Positions 1-8,474 of a stretch of DNA of 22,654 bases are shown piece by piece. A program made the position numbers and the translations under genes. The stretch spans positions 1-22,654 of the forward strand of contig JBBIOR010000002.1 of the NCBI GenBank assembly GCA_037443265.1, in the 5' to 3' direction. The notes under the pieces were generated by a model. It was not told where the DNA came from. It did not search any database and worked only from the letters and a program-made list of their open reading frames with translations. This DNA comes from Candidatus Fraserbacteria bacterium (GTDB lineage Bacteria; Bipolaricaulota; Bipolaricaulia; RBG-16-55-9). Numbering within the stretch: the first letter of the stretch is position 1; each line of letters opens with the position of its first letter.

Positions 1-177
1 AACGATCCTCGCTGGAAAGTGGTAACCGCCCGGCGACAGGGAGAAAAAGAGCTTCAGTTGAGATTCGTGTTGCTGAATGACCATCAAGTCCCTGCTGAAG
101 CTCAGCAAGTGGCACCCAACTTGGAGGATGCTTATTTGGCGCTCATCGCTCGTGATCGCCAGGCAGCTGTGGCTTGA
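1..177 (+). CDS. C-terminal end of an ABC transporter ATP-binding protein (partial, starts before the window)
   Basis: Frame 1 is open from base 1 to TGA at 175-177 and reads ...QQVAPNLEDAYLALIARDRQAAVA*. P-x-LEDAYL is the typical C-terminal motif of ABC-2 exporter ATPases, and a permease-like ORF follows. Confidence 0.75.
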   Translation, partial: NDPRWKVVTARRQGEKELQLRFVLLNDHQVPAEAQQVAPNLEDAYLALIARDRQAAVA

Positions 178-777
178 AGGGCGACTGAGCCTGCCACTTT
201 GGCTTTGGGCCTTCCCGCTGGGGATCTGGGTATTTCGTTTGTTCCACCTCTTTGACCCAAGAAAAGCTGTGGGCTTTGCGGAATTGGCCGTCCCTTTCGC
301 TTACGCTCTGATCGTGTATGATCTTTTCGGACATGAGAGGCGCTGGGGCACTCTAGAACTCCTCATTGCTTCGCCCCGACCAAAGCACCTCACCCTCTTG
401 ATTCACTCCCTTTGGGGAATACTCTGGCTCTTTGTGGTGATCGCTAGCCTGGTAGAGCCTCGATCGTATCTGGCTGTGCTGGCTCCAGCGCTGCTGCTAG
501 GACAGACGGCCTTGTTCCTATCGATTGCGTTTGTGGAGGCCTGGGGAATCGGAGTGGCCTTGGCATGGTGGGGTTGGCTCTGATCGTGGTTACGCAGCGC
601 TTTACAGAATATCTTGAAGGGCCGGTCAACTGGATCTTGTTGGGGTTGACGCAGGCAGGGCTTTCTTTAGACGAGCTCTGGCTTCGCAAGTGGGTTCAGT
701 TGGCAGCAGGATTAGCTTTGTGGCTGGGGAGCTTGATGACTGTTGATCTCAAACGTCACTGGAGACTGAGAGAGTGA
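128..777 (+). pseudogene. ABC-2-type exporter permease split by a single-base frameshift (or a sequencing error)
   Basis: Hydrophobic ORF with an ERRWGTLELLIASP permease motif stops at 583. A second hydrophobic ORF (565-777) continues it. One extra G in the G-run at 570-573 gives ...ALAWWGLALIVVTQ... in a single frame. Start is uncertain (ATG 128 or GTG 152). Confidence 0.65.
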
Positions 778-809
778 ATCATCTTGAGCGAACGTAGGAG
801 TCTCATGAT

Positions 810-838
810 TTGTCACCCAAGAGGGCGTGCGCTATAAC
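810..838 (+). promoter_or_regulatory. sigma70-type promoter for the zinc-ribbon/lipL unit
   Basis: TTGTCA (810-815), 17-nt spacer, TATAAC (833-838), in intergenic DNA. Confidence 0.7.
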
Positions 839-965
839 TCGACATGCAATGGAAGAGATCGGCGGAGAGTTCGGAGGATTGGACCTCCAGGGGCTGTCGG
901 GCCTGGTGGTCTCCGTGGGGGTTGCCGGCCTCCTTCTACAATGGGGGAGGGGGTTGAGCGGATCG

Positions 966-1145
966 ATGACTCCCAAGAAGTGTCCCAATTGTCAGACCAG
1001 GCTGAGCATGACCCTCAGGAGATTGGCGCGCTTCTGCCCTTACTGTGGGGAGCAGCTGGTCAAAGGCGGCTACTGCAAAGAGTGCAAGATCTACTATGGA
1101 ACGGAGATCCGCTACTGTCCTATCCATGGGAAGAAGCTGGAATGA
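966..1145 (+). CDS. Double zinc-ribbon protein (59 aa, or 98 aa with an N-terminal hydrophobic segment if it starts at ATG 849)
   Basis: Four knuckles: CPNC, CPYC, CKEC, CPIH. G-rich SD-like GGGGGAGG at 943-950. Stop overlaps the next ATG (ATGA at 1142-1145). Confidence 0.75.
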   Translation: MTPKKCPNCQTRLSMTLRRLARFCPYCGEQLVKGGYCKECKIYYGTEIRYCPIHGKKLE

Positions 1146-1912
1146 GCCCCTCTCAAGAGCGGTGGCGACTCAGCCGTGTGCAGTATCCCGATGACCCGGC
1201 CCTCAACTATGCTGTGGATCTGGCCATCGCCGAGCATGTCGCCCGAGGGGCAGCCCCGCCCACGGTGCGCCTGTGGCAGCCGGGACGCTGCTTGGCCATA
1301 GGCCGCTTTGACAGCCGCCTGCCCCACTTTCCAGAGGCCGTCCGGCACATGAAGGCCCAAGGTCTCACGCTCGCTCAGAGAATGAGCGGTGGAAAAGCCG
1401 TCTGGCAAAGTGAGGGCTTTCTCAATTTCTCTGTCATCGCTCCAAAGAAAGCTGCACCCATGGGCATTGCGGAAGCCTATCGGAAATTCTCTGAGGGCCT
1501 GAGGCTGGGGCTCCGCACTCTGGGAGTGGAAACGTCATTCCAGCACATAAAAGGAGCTTTCTGCGACGGGCCGTATGATCTGGCCGTCGCAGACAAGAAA
1601 CTCGTGGGAACGGCTCAAGTGCAAAAGCGAGGGTTCATCATCGTCCACGGGACGATGCCCGTCGATGGCGCACTCGACGAAATGATCGAAAAAATCTCAG
1701 AGTTCTATGAGCGTGCGGGCCAGCCCATTAGGCTCCGAAAAGAGACCATGACCACGCTTGCGGCAGAGCTAGGGCGACCGCTCCCTATTGAGAAGCTCAT
1801 AGAGGTGCTGTGCGAGGGTTTCCAGTCTTCGTTGGGGCATCTCTCCGGCAGAGAGCTGCTTAAGAGCGAGTGGCAGAGGGCCCACAAATGGCTCGAGGAA
1901 GTAAAGCTTTAA
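1142..1912 (+). CDS. Lipoate-protein ligase family protein, LipL-like octanoyl/lipoyl amidotransferase
   Basis: RLW, RMSGGKAVW, GAFCDGPYDL (LipL-type catalytic Cys motif) and KKLVGTAQ motifs. About 256 aa with no LplA C-terminal domain. Start moved to ATG 1142 (ATGA coupling). Confidence 0.85.
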   Translation: MSPSQERWRLSRVQYPDDPALNYAVDLAIAEHVARGAAPPTVRLWQPGRCLAIGRFDSRLPHFPEAVRHMKAQGLTLAQRMSGGKAVWQSEGFLNFSVIAPKKAAPMGIAEAYRKFSEGLRLGLRTLGVETSFQHIKGAFCDGPYDLAVADKKLVGTAQVQKRGFIIVHGTMPVDGALDEMIEKISEFYERAGQPIRLRKETMTTLAAELGRPLPIEKLIEVLCEGFQSSLGHLSGRELLKSEWQRAHKWLEEVKL

Positions 1913-3396
1913 TCATCCCGCTTCTTCTTGCCCATCCAGACACTCGATTCCAAGAGCAAGCCGGCGAAGAACGAGGCCGCCTGCGTGAGGTATCGCAGTC
2001 CTTTGATGGTCGATAGGCTCTGGATCTCCTCTTTGACGGATTTGATCACAACGGCATGAGGAGCTTCCTGCTCCCGCTCCTTGACTTGCGCCAGGCGCTG
2101 CAGCGCAAAAAGCCCCGACAAGAAGGCTGCCAGAAACACGAAATCCAGATGGGCCAGCTCCAAGACCGTCACGCGGGCCGCCTCCGGCGCGCCCAGATGC
2201 TCCCACGTGAGTTGCACCGTCACGGCCTGCTCCGCAAAGAGATTGCCCAGCAGCCCTCCGATCAGAGGAGCCACGCCCGCGGCCATGGAGTTCACCAAGG
2301 CGGCCGCGGAGAAATAGGGCGTCGAGAGCTTCTTCGGCGAGAGCTGAAAGAGGATGTTGTCGTTGGCCACGTCGATCCCGGCCGTGGCCAGGCCATTCAT
2401 GATGTGAATGAGCGCGATCAAGGCCAGAGTAACCCAGTGGTTCTCCCCAACTGTGAACGTCCAAAGCAGAATCGAGAGCGAAAAGACCGGGGCGCATAGA
2501 TGCAGCACAGCTTTGTTGCCGTGGCGATCGGCCAGCCGACCCCAGATGTTGAGAAAGCTCAGGTTGGCCAGCTGGCTGGCCACGGCAAAACCCAGCACAT
2601 AGCTATACGGAAGCCCCAAAGTCCGCAGCATGTAGACGGTGATGAAGGGCAGGGCTAAATTCGCCGCAAACGCCCAGCTGCCCGTAAACCCGATGAGCTT
2701 GCGAAAGCCTGTGTCTTTGAAGGGCAGCGCCAGCACGGCCCTGAGCGAGAAGGGCTCAATGGGAGGCATCGGAGGCTCGGGAATTCGCGCCAAGAAGAAG
2801 AGGCCGATGAGCCCCACCATCGCTCCCGTAAGATACAGCCCCGAAAGGGCCGGAAGCGGGGTTGTGCCTTCTCGGCTTACGAGATCTACGACCAAGGCTC
2901 CCGCAAGGGAGACGGCCATGCCTACCAGCCCCATGATCCACAGGCGCCGAGAGAAGATCCGCCCCCGGATCGGCTCCGGCAATAGATCTTTCATCCAAGA
3001 GTTCCAAGCCAACCCGGCAAAGGTGCCGAAGATCGAGCTGAGCGCCAACGCTCCCATCAGCGCATAGAGGGCCCTCTTCAGCCCGATGAGCCAAGGGCTC
3101 ACGGCAATGAGCACCAACAGCAGCCGGCTCAACGAGCTGGAGATCACGCAGATCATCTTGCGCTGACGCACTTGCTCGATGACCCACACGGCAGGCATGA
3201 ACATCACTTTCGAAAGAAACGGGATGGCGGCGATCAGGCCGATCTCGAGATCCGAAGCGCCTAAAGCCAGGGCTAGACCCGCGAGAAACGCCCCGCCGGT
3301 GAGCATCTCCATGGTCTTGGTGCACGCCCCGTCCCAGTTGCGATAGAATAACGCTCTTCGCAAGGTGGATAGGGGTTTGGTGCGCCGCGAATGCAT
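1909..3396 (-). CDS. MFS transporter
   Basis: About 12 hydrophobic segments, MFS loop motif WGRLADRHGNK, and W..WMKDLLP..IRGR motif. Confidence 0.9.
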   Translation of the reverse strand: MHSRRTKPLSTLRRALFYRNWDGACTKTMEMLTGGAFLAGLALALGASDLEIGLIAAIPFLSKVMFMPAVWVIEQVRQRKMICVISSSLSRLLLVLIAVSPWLIGLKRALYALMGALALSSIFGTFAGLAWNSWMKDLLPEPIRGRIFSRRLWIMGLVGMAVSLAGALVVDLVSREGTTPLPALSGLYLTGAMVGLIGLFFLARIPEPPMPPIEPFSLRAVLALPFKDTGFRKLIGFTGSWAFAANLALPFITVYMLRTLGLPYSYVLGFAVASQLANLSFLNIWGRLADRHGNKAVLHLCAPVFSLSILLWTFTVGENHWVTLALIALIHIMNGLATAGIDVANDNILFQLSPKKLSTPYFSAAALVNSMAAGVAPLIGGLLGNLFAEQAVTVQLTWEHLGAPEAARVTVLELAHLDFVFLAAFLSGLFALQRLAQVKEREQEAPHAVVIKSVKEEIQSLSTIKGLRYLTQAASFFAGLLLESSVWMGKKKRDD

Positions 3397-3424
3397 GACG
3401 TTATTGTACCGAATAGAATCAATA

Positions 3425-3444
3425 TCGAGCTATGAAGAGCTCGA
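3425..3444. terminator. Inverted repeat; possible terminator for the DMT gene (minus strand) or an operator of the MFS promoter
   Basis: TCGAGCT-atgaag-AGCTCGA, followed on the minus strand by T-rich TATTGATT. Confidence 0.4.
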
Positions 3445-3472
3445 ATTTGCCCAGCGATACCCAGAAGCATGG

Positions 3473-4378
3473 TCAACGATTGTTTCGGACAAGTAGTGGA
3501 GCAACTGCTCTGCTCCTCCCTGTGGCCAGCGCGAGCCCAAGCAGGATGGCGACGCCTCCTAGGGCCGTCCGCCCGCTCAGCTCTTCGCCCAAGATGAGCC
3601 AGCCCAAAAGCACGGCGATCAGCGTGCTTAGAAACGGCATGAGCTGGGTCCTTGTGACCTCCATGCGCTGAATCAGCCAGTAGAGCAACACGAACGTCAG
3701 CGATGATCCCACAATAGCCAGATAGAGCAGTGAGATCCAGGCCAGGGGCGTCCAGGGAAAATTCAGCGGCACGCCTTCTTGAGAGATGCCAATCGCAAGC
3801 AGCGGAATGAACCCGGAGATCATCTGCACGGTCGTGAGCACGAAGGGATCTAAGTGCCCGCCGCGGGCCTTGATCAGCACGCTGGCGTAGGCCGTGCCCA
3901 GCGCAGCCAAGATGATCGCGAGGCTCCCCCAGATGGCCATGGGGTCATCTATATAGAGCTGATGCGAGAAGATCAGCGCCACGCCCGCGATTCCTAAGAG
4001 CACGCCACTGACTTTCAGGAGCGTGATGGGCTCATTAGGCAGGTGCAGATGCGCGATCACGAGGCCAAAGAGCGGAAGGGTCGTATAAAGAATGGCCGTT
4101 AGACCCGACGAGATGTGATTCTCACCCCAGAATACGAGCCCATAATTGGCGGCGAACATTAGAACACCTGTGCCAATCATGAGTGCCCAGTCGCGCGGGT
4201 CTTTGGGCAGAGGCCGACGGCGGATCAGAAGCCACCCAATCAGTGGGATAGATGCGATTACGAATCGGATGCCTGCAAACGTGAGTGGGGGCAGATCCTC
4301 AAGCCCCAGTTTAATAAAGAGCCACGTCGAGCCCCAGATGGTGCTGAGCAGAAGCCAGATGAGGACAGGCGCACTCAT
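3473..4378 (-). CDS. EamA/DMT family transporter
   Basis: IWGSTWLFIKLGL, PPLTFAGIRF, ISSGLTAIL and LGWLILGEELS motifs; two EamA repeats with about 10 TM segments. Confidence 0.92.
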   Translation of the reverse strand: MSAPVLIWLLLSTIWGSTWLFIKLGLEDLPPLTFAGIRFVIASIPLIGWLLIRRRPLPKDPRDWALMIGTGVLMFAANYGLVFWGENHISSGLTAILYTTLPLFGLVIAHLHLPNEPITLLKVSGVLLGIAGVALIFSHQLYIDDPMAIWGSLAIILAALGTAYASVLIKARGGHLDPFVLTTVQMISGFIPLLAIGISQEGVPLNFPWTPLAWISLLYLAIVGSSLTFVLLYWLIQRMEVTRTQLMPFLSTLIAVLLGWLILGEELSGRTALGGVAILLGLALATGRSRAVAPLLVRNNR

Positions 4379-4387
4379 AGAGTCCTA

Positions 4388-4416
4388 AGGGTAGAGGATG
4401 CCGGCTCGTTGCGCAA
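4388..4416 (-). promoter_or_regulatory. sigma70-type promoter for the DMT gene with a palindrome over the -35
   Basis: Minus strand TTGCGC-N17-TACCCT, ending 9 nt before the ATG. Perfect palindrome GTTGCGCAAC at 4408-4417. Confidence 0.5.
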
Positions 4417-4428
4417 CAGCTTTGTCAC

Positions 4429-5505
4429 TCAGCAAGAGCCCTGCTTTGGGAAGCAGAGAGGATTTTTATGAGCGAGTTTCACGCGCACTCGGCTGCCTTC
4501 GGGAAGATCTCTCCTCTGGAGGCTGTGGAGCCGCTGTCCGGAGGGAAGCTGCAGGCAATAGAGCTTCTGCAGGCCCAAGAAACGCCGGGCCACGATGACG
4601 GCTTCCCCCCGGGGGTCGGGCTCGATCTCCACCATGTCGGGACGAATCAGAATCTCCCATAGCTCTTCATGCAGGCCCTGAGAAGCTGTCTCCCCCAGCG
4701 GGAAGATTCCGATCTCTGTGGCAACGCCTGCTTTGCAGCGACGTCCCGTCAAGAAATCCGCCCGGCCGATGAATTCCGCCACAAACCGCGTGGCCGGACA
4801 AGCGTACACCTCCTCCGGAGTGCCAACCTGCTCTAAGCGGCCGCGATTCAAGACAGCAATACGATCCCCCAAATCAAACGCTTCCTCTTGGTCGTGGGTG
4901 ACCAGAATGACGGTGCTTTGAAGTCTTCTCAGGATCGCTTTCACTTCGCTGCGCATCTGGCGCCTGAGATCCGCATCGAGATTGCTGAAGGGCTCATCGA
5001 GCAGCACGACCTTGGGATTGGGGGCGAGAGTCCTCGCCAGGGCCACCCGCTGCTGCTCGCCCCCGGAAAGCTCATGAGGATAGCGATCCTCCAAGCCTCT
5101 TAGCCCCACAAGCTTTAGAAGCTCTTCGACGCGCACGCGACGCGGGCCGTTTCGACCCGTAAGCCCAAAGGCGACGTTCTCCCACGTGGTGAGATGGGGG
5201 AAGAGCGCGTAGTCTTGGAAGACCATCCCTACCCCGCGCCTCTCGGGCGGATGGCGCTTTGTGTCCGTCACGTCACAGCCAGCCAGCTCCACTCGGCCTG
5301 ACTGGGGCATCTCCAAGCCCGCAATGATCCTCAAGAGAGTCGTCTTGCCACTTCCACTGGGGCCCAACACGACGAGAAATTCGCGCTCATAGATCTCGAG
5401 CGAGATCGGCCCGAGCGCCACCTGTGCTCCCATCGATGGGCTGGGGTAGGCATGTACTACGTCTTCCAATCGAATAAGGATTCGGTGACGCATCGACTCA
5501 GCCAT
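4429..5505 (-). CDS. fbpC: Fe3+ ABC transporter ATP-binding protein (FbpC/PotA-like)
   Basis: Walker A GPSGSGKTT, VFQDYALFPH, LSGGEQQR signature, LLDEPFSNLD, VTHDQEEA, and a C-terminal TOBE-like region. Confidence 0.9.
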   Translation of the reverse strand: MAESMRHRILIRLEDVVHAYPSPSMGAQVALGPISLEIYEREFLVVLGPSGSGKTTLLRIIAGLEMPQSGRVELAGCDVTDTKRHPPERRGVGMVFQDYALFPHLTTWENVAFGLTGRNGPRRVRVEELLKLVGLRGLEDRYPHELSGGEQQRVALARTLAPNPKVVLLDEPFSNLDADLRRQMRSEVKAILRRLQSTVILVTHDQEEAFDLGDRIAVLNRGRLEQVGTPEEVYACPATRFVAEFIGRADFLTGRRCKAGVATEIGIFPLGETASQGLHEELWEILIRPDMVEIEPDPRGEAVIVARRFLGLQKLYCLQLPSGQRLHSLQRRDLPEGSRVRVKLAHKNPLCFPKQGSC

Positions 5506-7153
5506 AGGATCTCATGCTCCCTGGGGCAGAGCTTGCGCCATGGAGCCAGAGGAGCAGCGGTATCGACAATCCCACCAGCAGAAGCGCAGCCGGAGCCGCT
5601 TGAGCATAAAACCCCTCACCAGCCGCTGTCCAGATGCGTATCGGCAAGGTGTCAAAGCCCGCCGGGCGCAAGAGCAGCGTTGCCGGAAGCTCCCTGAGTG
5701 CGCTTAAGAAGACGAGCGTCCAGCCCCCAGCCAGCGCGGGCCACAGGAGCGGCAGCGTCACCCTTCTGAAGGCTCCCAGCGGCCGCTGGCCCAGCAGGCG
5801 CGCTCCCTCTTCCAGATGGGCCGGCACTTGAGCCAGCCCAGAGCGAAGCGGCTGAAGCGCTTGAGAGAAGAACCTCACAAGATAGGCTAAGATGACCACC
5901 CAGACAGTGGCATAGAGTCCCGGCAGAAAGCGCAAGATCAGAGAGAGCAACCCCAAGGCGATCAATACGCCCGGCAGGGCTTGGCCCGCCTGTGAGAGCC
6001 AAGCCCACGTCTGGCTCAAGCGGTCGCGATAGCGCACGGAGCCATAGGCGATCGGCAGGGAAAGAGCGACGGCCACAGTCGCAGCGGCTGCCGAAACCCA
6101 GAGACTGTTCAGCAGATAGCCCAAGAGAGCCCTCCCACTCGTCCCCCAAAGCACGGCTAGAGCTTGTGGGATGAGCCAGCTCTCCACGAGCCAGTAGAAG
6201 AGAATCCCCATCGGCAAGAGCAGCCCGGCGAAGAGCACAAGCACAATCAAAGCCAGGGCTGGGATCTTCCAGTTTCTTAAGGGCACGGCAGGCCAAGGGC
6301 GGCCTGAAATTCTCTCCGGGACGAAGTGGCGGCGACCCCATAGCTCCCTCTGTCCCCAGAGCATCAGGATCATCAGGAGCACAAGCACCGTCCCCAAGGC
6401 CGACGCGGCGCTCGAATCGTAGCGGCCGGTGAGCTGCTGAAAGATCACAGTCACGAACGTCGGATAGCGCATCAGGGCAGGCACCTCAAAATCGGCGAGC
6501 GCGTACAAAGCAACTAAGAAGGCTCCAGCACTCAGAGCGGGGGCCAACAGGGGGAGCGTCACTCGGAGGGCGATTCTGGCCCTACCAGCCCCACTGCAGC
6601 GGGCCACATCTAGTAAAGTGGGATCGAGACCGCGGAAGGCCGCCCGCATCAGAACGTAGACATATGGATATGTGGAGAGGATCAACACCCACACCGTGCC
6701 GCCTAAGCCGTAGGGAGAGGGGACAGCGCCATCCCAGCCCAGGCCGCGCAAAGCTTTGTCCAGCAGGCCTCCCACCCCAAAGAACCCGACGTAAGAGATG
6801 GCCATCACGAGAGGAGAGACGATGAAGGGGGTGAGGAGCAAGGGGCCGAAGATTCTTCGGGCGGGAAGATCTGTGCGCTCCACAAGCCAAGCGAGCAAGA
6901 GCCCCAGCGCTAGTGCGCCCATAGTGACGAAGCCTGTCAGCATGAGCGTGTTCACAAGCAAGACGGGCACACGGGTAGCGAGCAAGCGCGCCCAGACATC
7001 CGGAGCGACGCTGATCCCCTGATAGAGCAGATAGACAAGCGGGGAGGCCATCCCCAGAGCAATGAGGGCCGAGGGGACCCAGACCCCCCAGGGCCAGGTC
7101 CCCCGGCGTCTTGCTATCAATCGGCCAACGAGCGGGCGTGCAGAGACGGCCAT
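5498..7153 (-). CDS. fbpB: Fe3+ ABC transporter permease (FbpB-like, two fused TM domains)
   Basis: 551 aa with two EAA-loop motifs (LLDVARCSGA, LEEGARLLG), LVERTDLP, and RELPATLLLRPAGFDTL. Confidence 0.9.
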   Translation of the reverse strand: MAVSARPLVGRLIARRRGTWPWGVWVPSALIALGMASPLVYLLYQGISVAPDVWARLLATRVPVLLVNTLMLTGFVTMGALALGLLLAWLVERTDLPARRIFGPLLLTPFIVSPLVMAISYVGFFGVGGLLDKALRGLGWDGAVPSPYGLGGTVWVLILSTYPYVYVLMRAAFRGLDPTLLDVARCSGAGRARIALRVTLPLLAPALSAGAFLVALYALADFEVPALMRYPTFVTVIFQQLTGRYDSSAASALGTVLVLLMILMLWGQRELWGRRHFVPERISGRPWPAVPLRNWKIPALALIVLVLFAGLLLPMGILFYWLVESWLIPQALAVLWGTSGRALLGYLLNSLWVSAAAATVAVALSLPIAYGSVRYRDRLSQTWAWLSQAGQALPGVLIALGLLSLILRFLPGLYATVWVVILAYLVRFFSQALQPLRSGLAQVPAHLEEGARLLGQRPLGAFRRVTLPLLWPALAGGWTLVFLSALRELPATLLLRPAGFDTLPIRIWTAAGEGFYAQAAPAALLLVGLSIPLLLWLHGASSAPGSMRSYG

Positions 7154-7156
7154 GGG

Positions 7157-8233
7157 CTAGAACCAGCCTACCTCCTCCAGCAGCTGCTGCGTGGCCTGAA
7201 GCTCCTGGCCCAGATCCCCAGGCGAGACGGGCATCTGTTTGAAAGCCTCCAGCGAGCCGGAGGGAAGATCCTCCACCACTTCCGGGTGGATGGAGACGCC
7301 AGGCAGCAGCGGATACTCGAAGTTGAGCTCAGCAAAGAGTCTCTGGGCGTCTGGAGAGACTAAGAAATCTAAGAAGCGCTGGGCATCTTCCCGATGAGTT
7401 GCTCCTTTGACGATGGCCGCCCCTGTGGCGTTCACCAGCGTACCCAGCTGGAACGGCCCTTGGTCGTGATAGAGGATGCCCACATCTCTCACGGCAGGAT
7501 CGATCTCATGCCGTTGCAGATAGACGTAGTAGTGATTGATGAGCCCCAGAGCAAACTCGCCGCGGCCCACGGCCTTTCTGATATCCGTCTGCTCTGCCAG
7601 AATGGTGATCTGATTCTCCTTGAGCTTAAGCAAGAAGAACTTGGTCAGCTCATCTCCCAAAATCAGGCGCAGGGCGCTCACCCAAGGCACAAAGCCATCC
7701 GTGTCGCTGGCGTTGCTTACAGCTATCTTCCCACGCCATTGGGGATGGATCAGGTCGAAAGCCGTCGAAGGCAGCTCTTCAGGCTTGACGAGATCTCGGT
7801 TGTAGATGATGACGCGGCTACGGCCAGAGAGCCCTAGCCAAGAGCCATCCGAGGCCCGAAAGCGCTCCGGTATTCGCTCAATCGCAGGCGACGTGTAGGA
7901 TTGAAACGCCTCCCTCGTCGCCTGTAGAAACTCGAGCGTTCCGGCATCGTTGGCGATGAAGACGTCGGGAACAGGGCGTCCAGCCTCCTTAAGCTGCAAA
8001 ATCTCTTGCGCGAGGGCTGTAGTGGAGCCAAATTTGACCGTCACAGCCACGCCCGTCTGCCGCTTAAAGAGCTCGAGCACCGGAGTGAGCAAGGGCTCCC
8101 GGCGCCCGGAGAAGATCACCAACTCCCCAGGGCCTTGAGTCGCTACCCCTCCACTCCCCAAACTCGCGATCAGGGGAACCAGGATGCCCAGTACCACTCC
8201 TACCAGTAAGAACCCGCGGCTAATCTTCTGCAT
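7157..8233 (-). CDS. fbpA: Fe3+ ABC transporter substrate-binding protein (FbpA/FutA-like)
   Basis: Signal peptide-like N-terminus, FSGR, DVFIANDAG, GRSRVIIYN, INHYY (tandem Tyr iron ligands) and EYP motifs. Strong SD GAGGAGG (8243-8249) supports ATG 8233. Confidence 0.88.
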   Translation of the reverse strand: MQKISRGFLLVGVVLGILVPLIASLGSGGVATQGPGELVIFSGRREPLLTPVLELFKRQTGVAVTVKFGSTTALAQEILQLKEAGRPVPDVFIANDAGTLEFLQATREAFQSYTSPAIERIPERFRASDGSWLGLSGRSRVIIYNRDLVKPEELPSTAFDLIHPQWRGKIAVSNASDTDGFVPWVSALRLILGDELTKFFLLKLKENQITILAEQTDIRKAVGRGEFALGLINHYYVYLQRHEIDPAVRDVGILYHDQGPFQLGTLVNATGAAIVKGATHREDAQRFLDFLVSPDAQRLFAELNFEYPLLPGVSIHPEVVEDLPSGSLEAFKQMPVSPGDLGQELQATQQLLEEVGWF

Positions 8234-8284
8234 GTGGCTAGACCTCCTCGTGATTTGGCTCGTCCCGAGAAGTCCGACTCCCAA

Positions 8285-8313
8285 TTGACCCCGGCCCTCG
8301 ACCCGGCTATAAT
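8285..8313 (+). promoter_or_regulatory. Near-consensus sigma70 promoter with no downstream + strand CDS
   Basis: TTGACC (8285-8290), 17-nt spacer, TATAAT (8308-8313). Confidence 0.75.
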
Positions 8314-8319
8314 GAGCTC

Positions 8320-8390
8320 ACCGCAACACATTGAGAGGGCTCGGCTCAGGATCTCTAATTGATCTCCTCGGGCTGAGCCTTCTTGATTTC
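8320..8390 (+). ncRNA. Putative small RNA (about 70 nt) antisense to the iron-ABC 5' UTR
   Basis: Lies directly downstream of the 8285-8313 promoter. Arms 8330-8347 and 8370-8387 pair at all 18 positions on the + strand, including 5 G-U pairs, with an inner GAUC/GAUC stem and a U-rich 3' end. Confidence 0.5.
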
Positions 8391-8397
8391 CAGTGAG

Positions 8398-8424
8398 AAA
8401 AGCGTACTAAATTAGTCCGATTTT
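8398..8424. promoter_or_regulatory. 13-1-13 inverted repeat (operator) over the -10 and spacer of the fbp promoter
   Basis: AAAAGCGTACTAA-A-TTAGTCCGATTTT; the arms match at 11 of 13 positions. Confidence 0.65.
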
Positions 8425-8429
8425 GTCAA
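8401..8429 (-). promoter_or_regulatory. sigma70 promoter of the fbpABC operon (leader about 160 nt)
   Basis: Minus strand TTGACA (8429-8424), 17-nt spacer, TACGCT (8406-8401). Confidence 0.75.
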
Positions 8430-8443
8430 GAGGATTTCACAAC

Positions 8444-8458
8444 TAAGAATCATTATTA
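8444..8458. promoter_or_regulatory. Fur/Per-box-like 7-1-7 inverted repeat
   Basis: TAAGAAT-C-ATTATTA resembles the Fur core TGATAAT-N-ATTATCA. It is flanked by GATTTCA (8433-8439) and TGAAATC (8461-8467), and lies between the fur-family gene and the iron transporter. Confidence 0.65.
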
Positions 8459-8474
8459 TTTGAAATCAGGGAGG

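Noticed and set aside
581..646. Selenocysteine read-through of the TGA at 581-583
   Set aside because: The in-frame continuation is not permease-like and soon stops; a frameshift explains the break better.
827..1141. 105-aa N-terminal extension of the lipoate-ligase ORF in the ORF track
   Set aside because: It overlaps the zinc-ribbon gene and the promoter; family motifs begin only after ATG 1142.
8234..8284. TTG-start extension of fbpA
   Set aside because: The strong SD and the signal peptide position support ATG 8233.
8234..8394. TPP or cobalamin riboswitch in the long ABC-transporter leader
   Set aside because: The conserved cores (CUGAGA...ACCUG, or GGGAA...GCCACUG) are absent, and the binding protein has the Fe-type NHYY motif.
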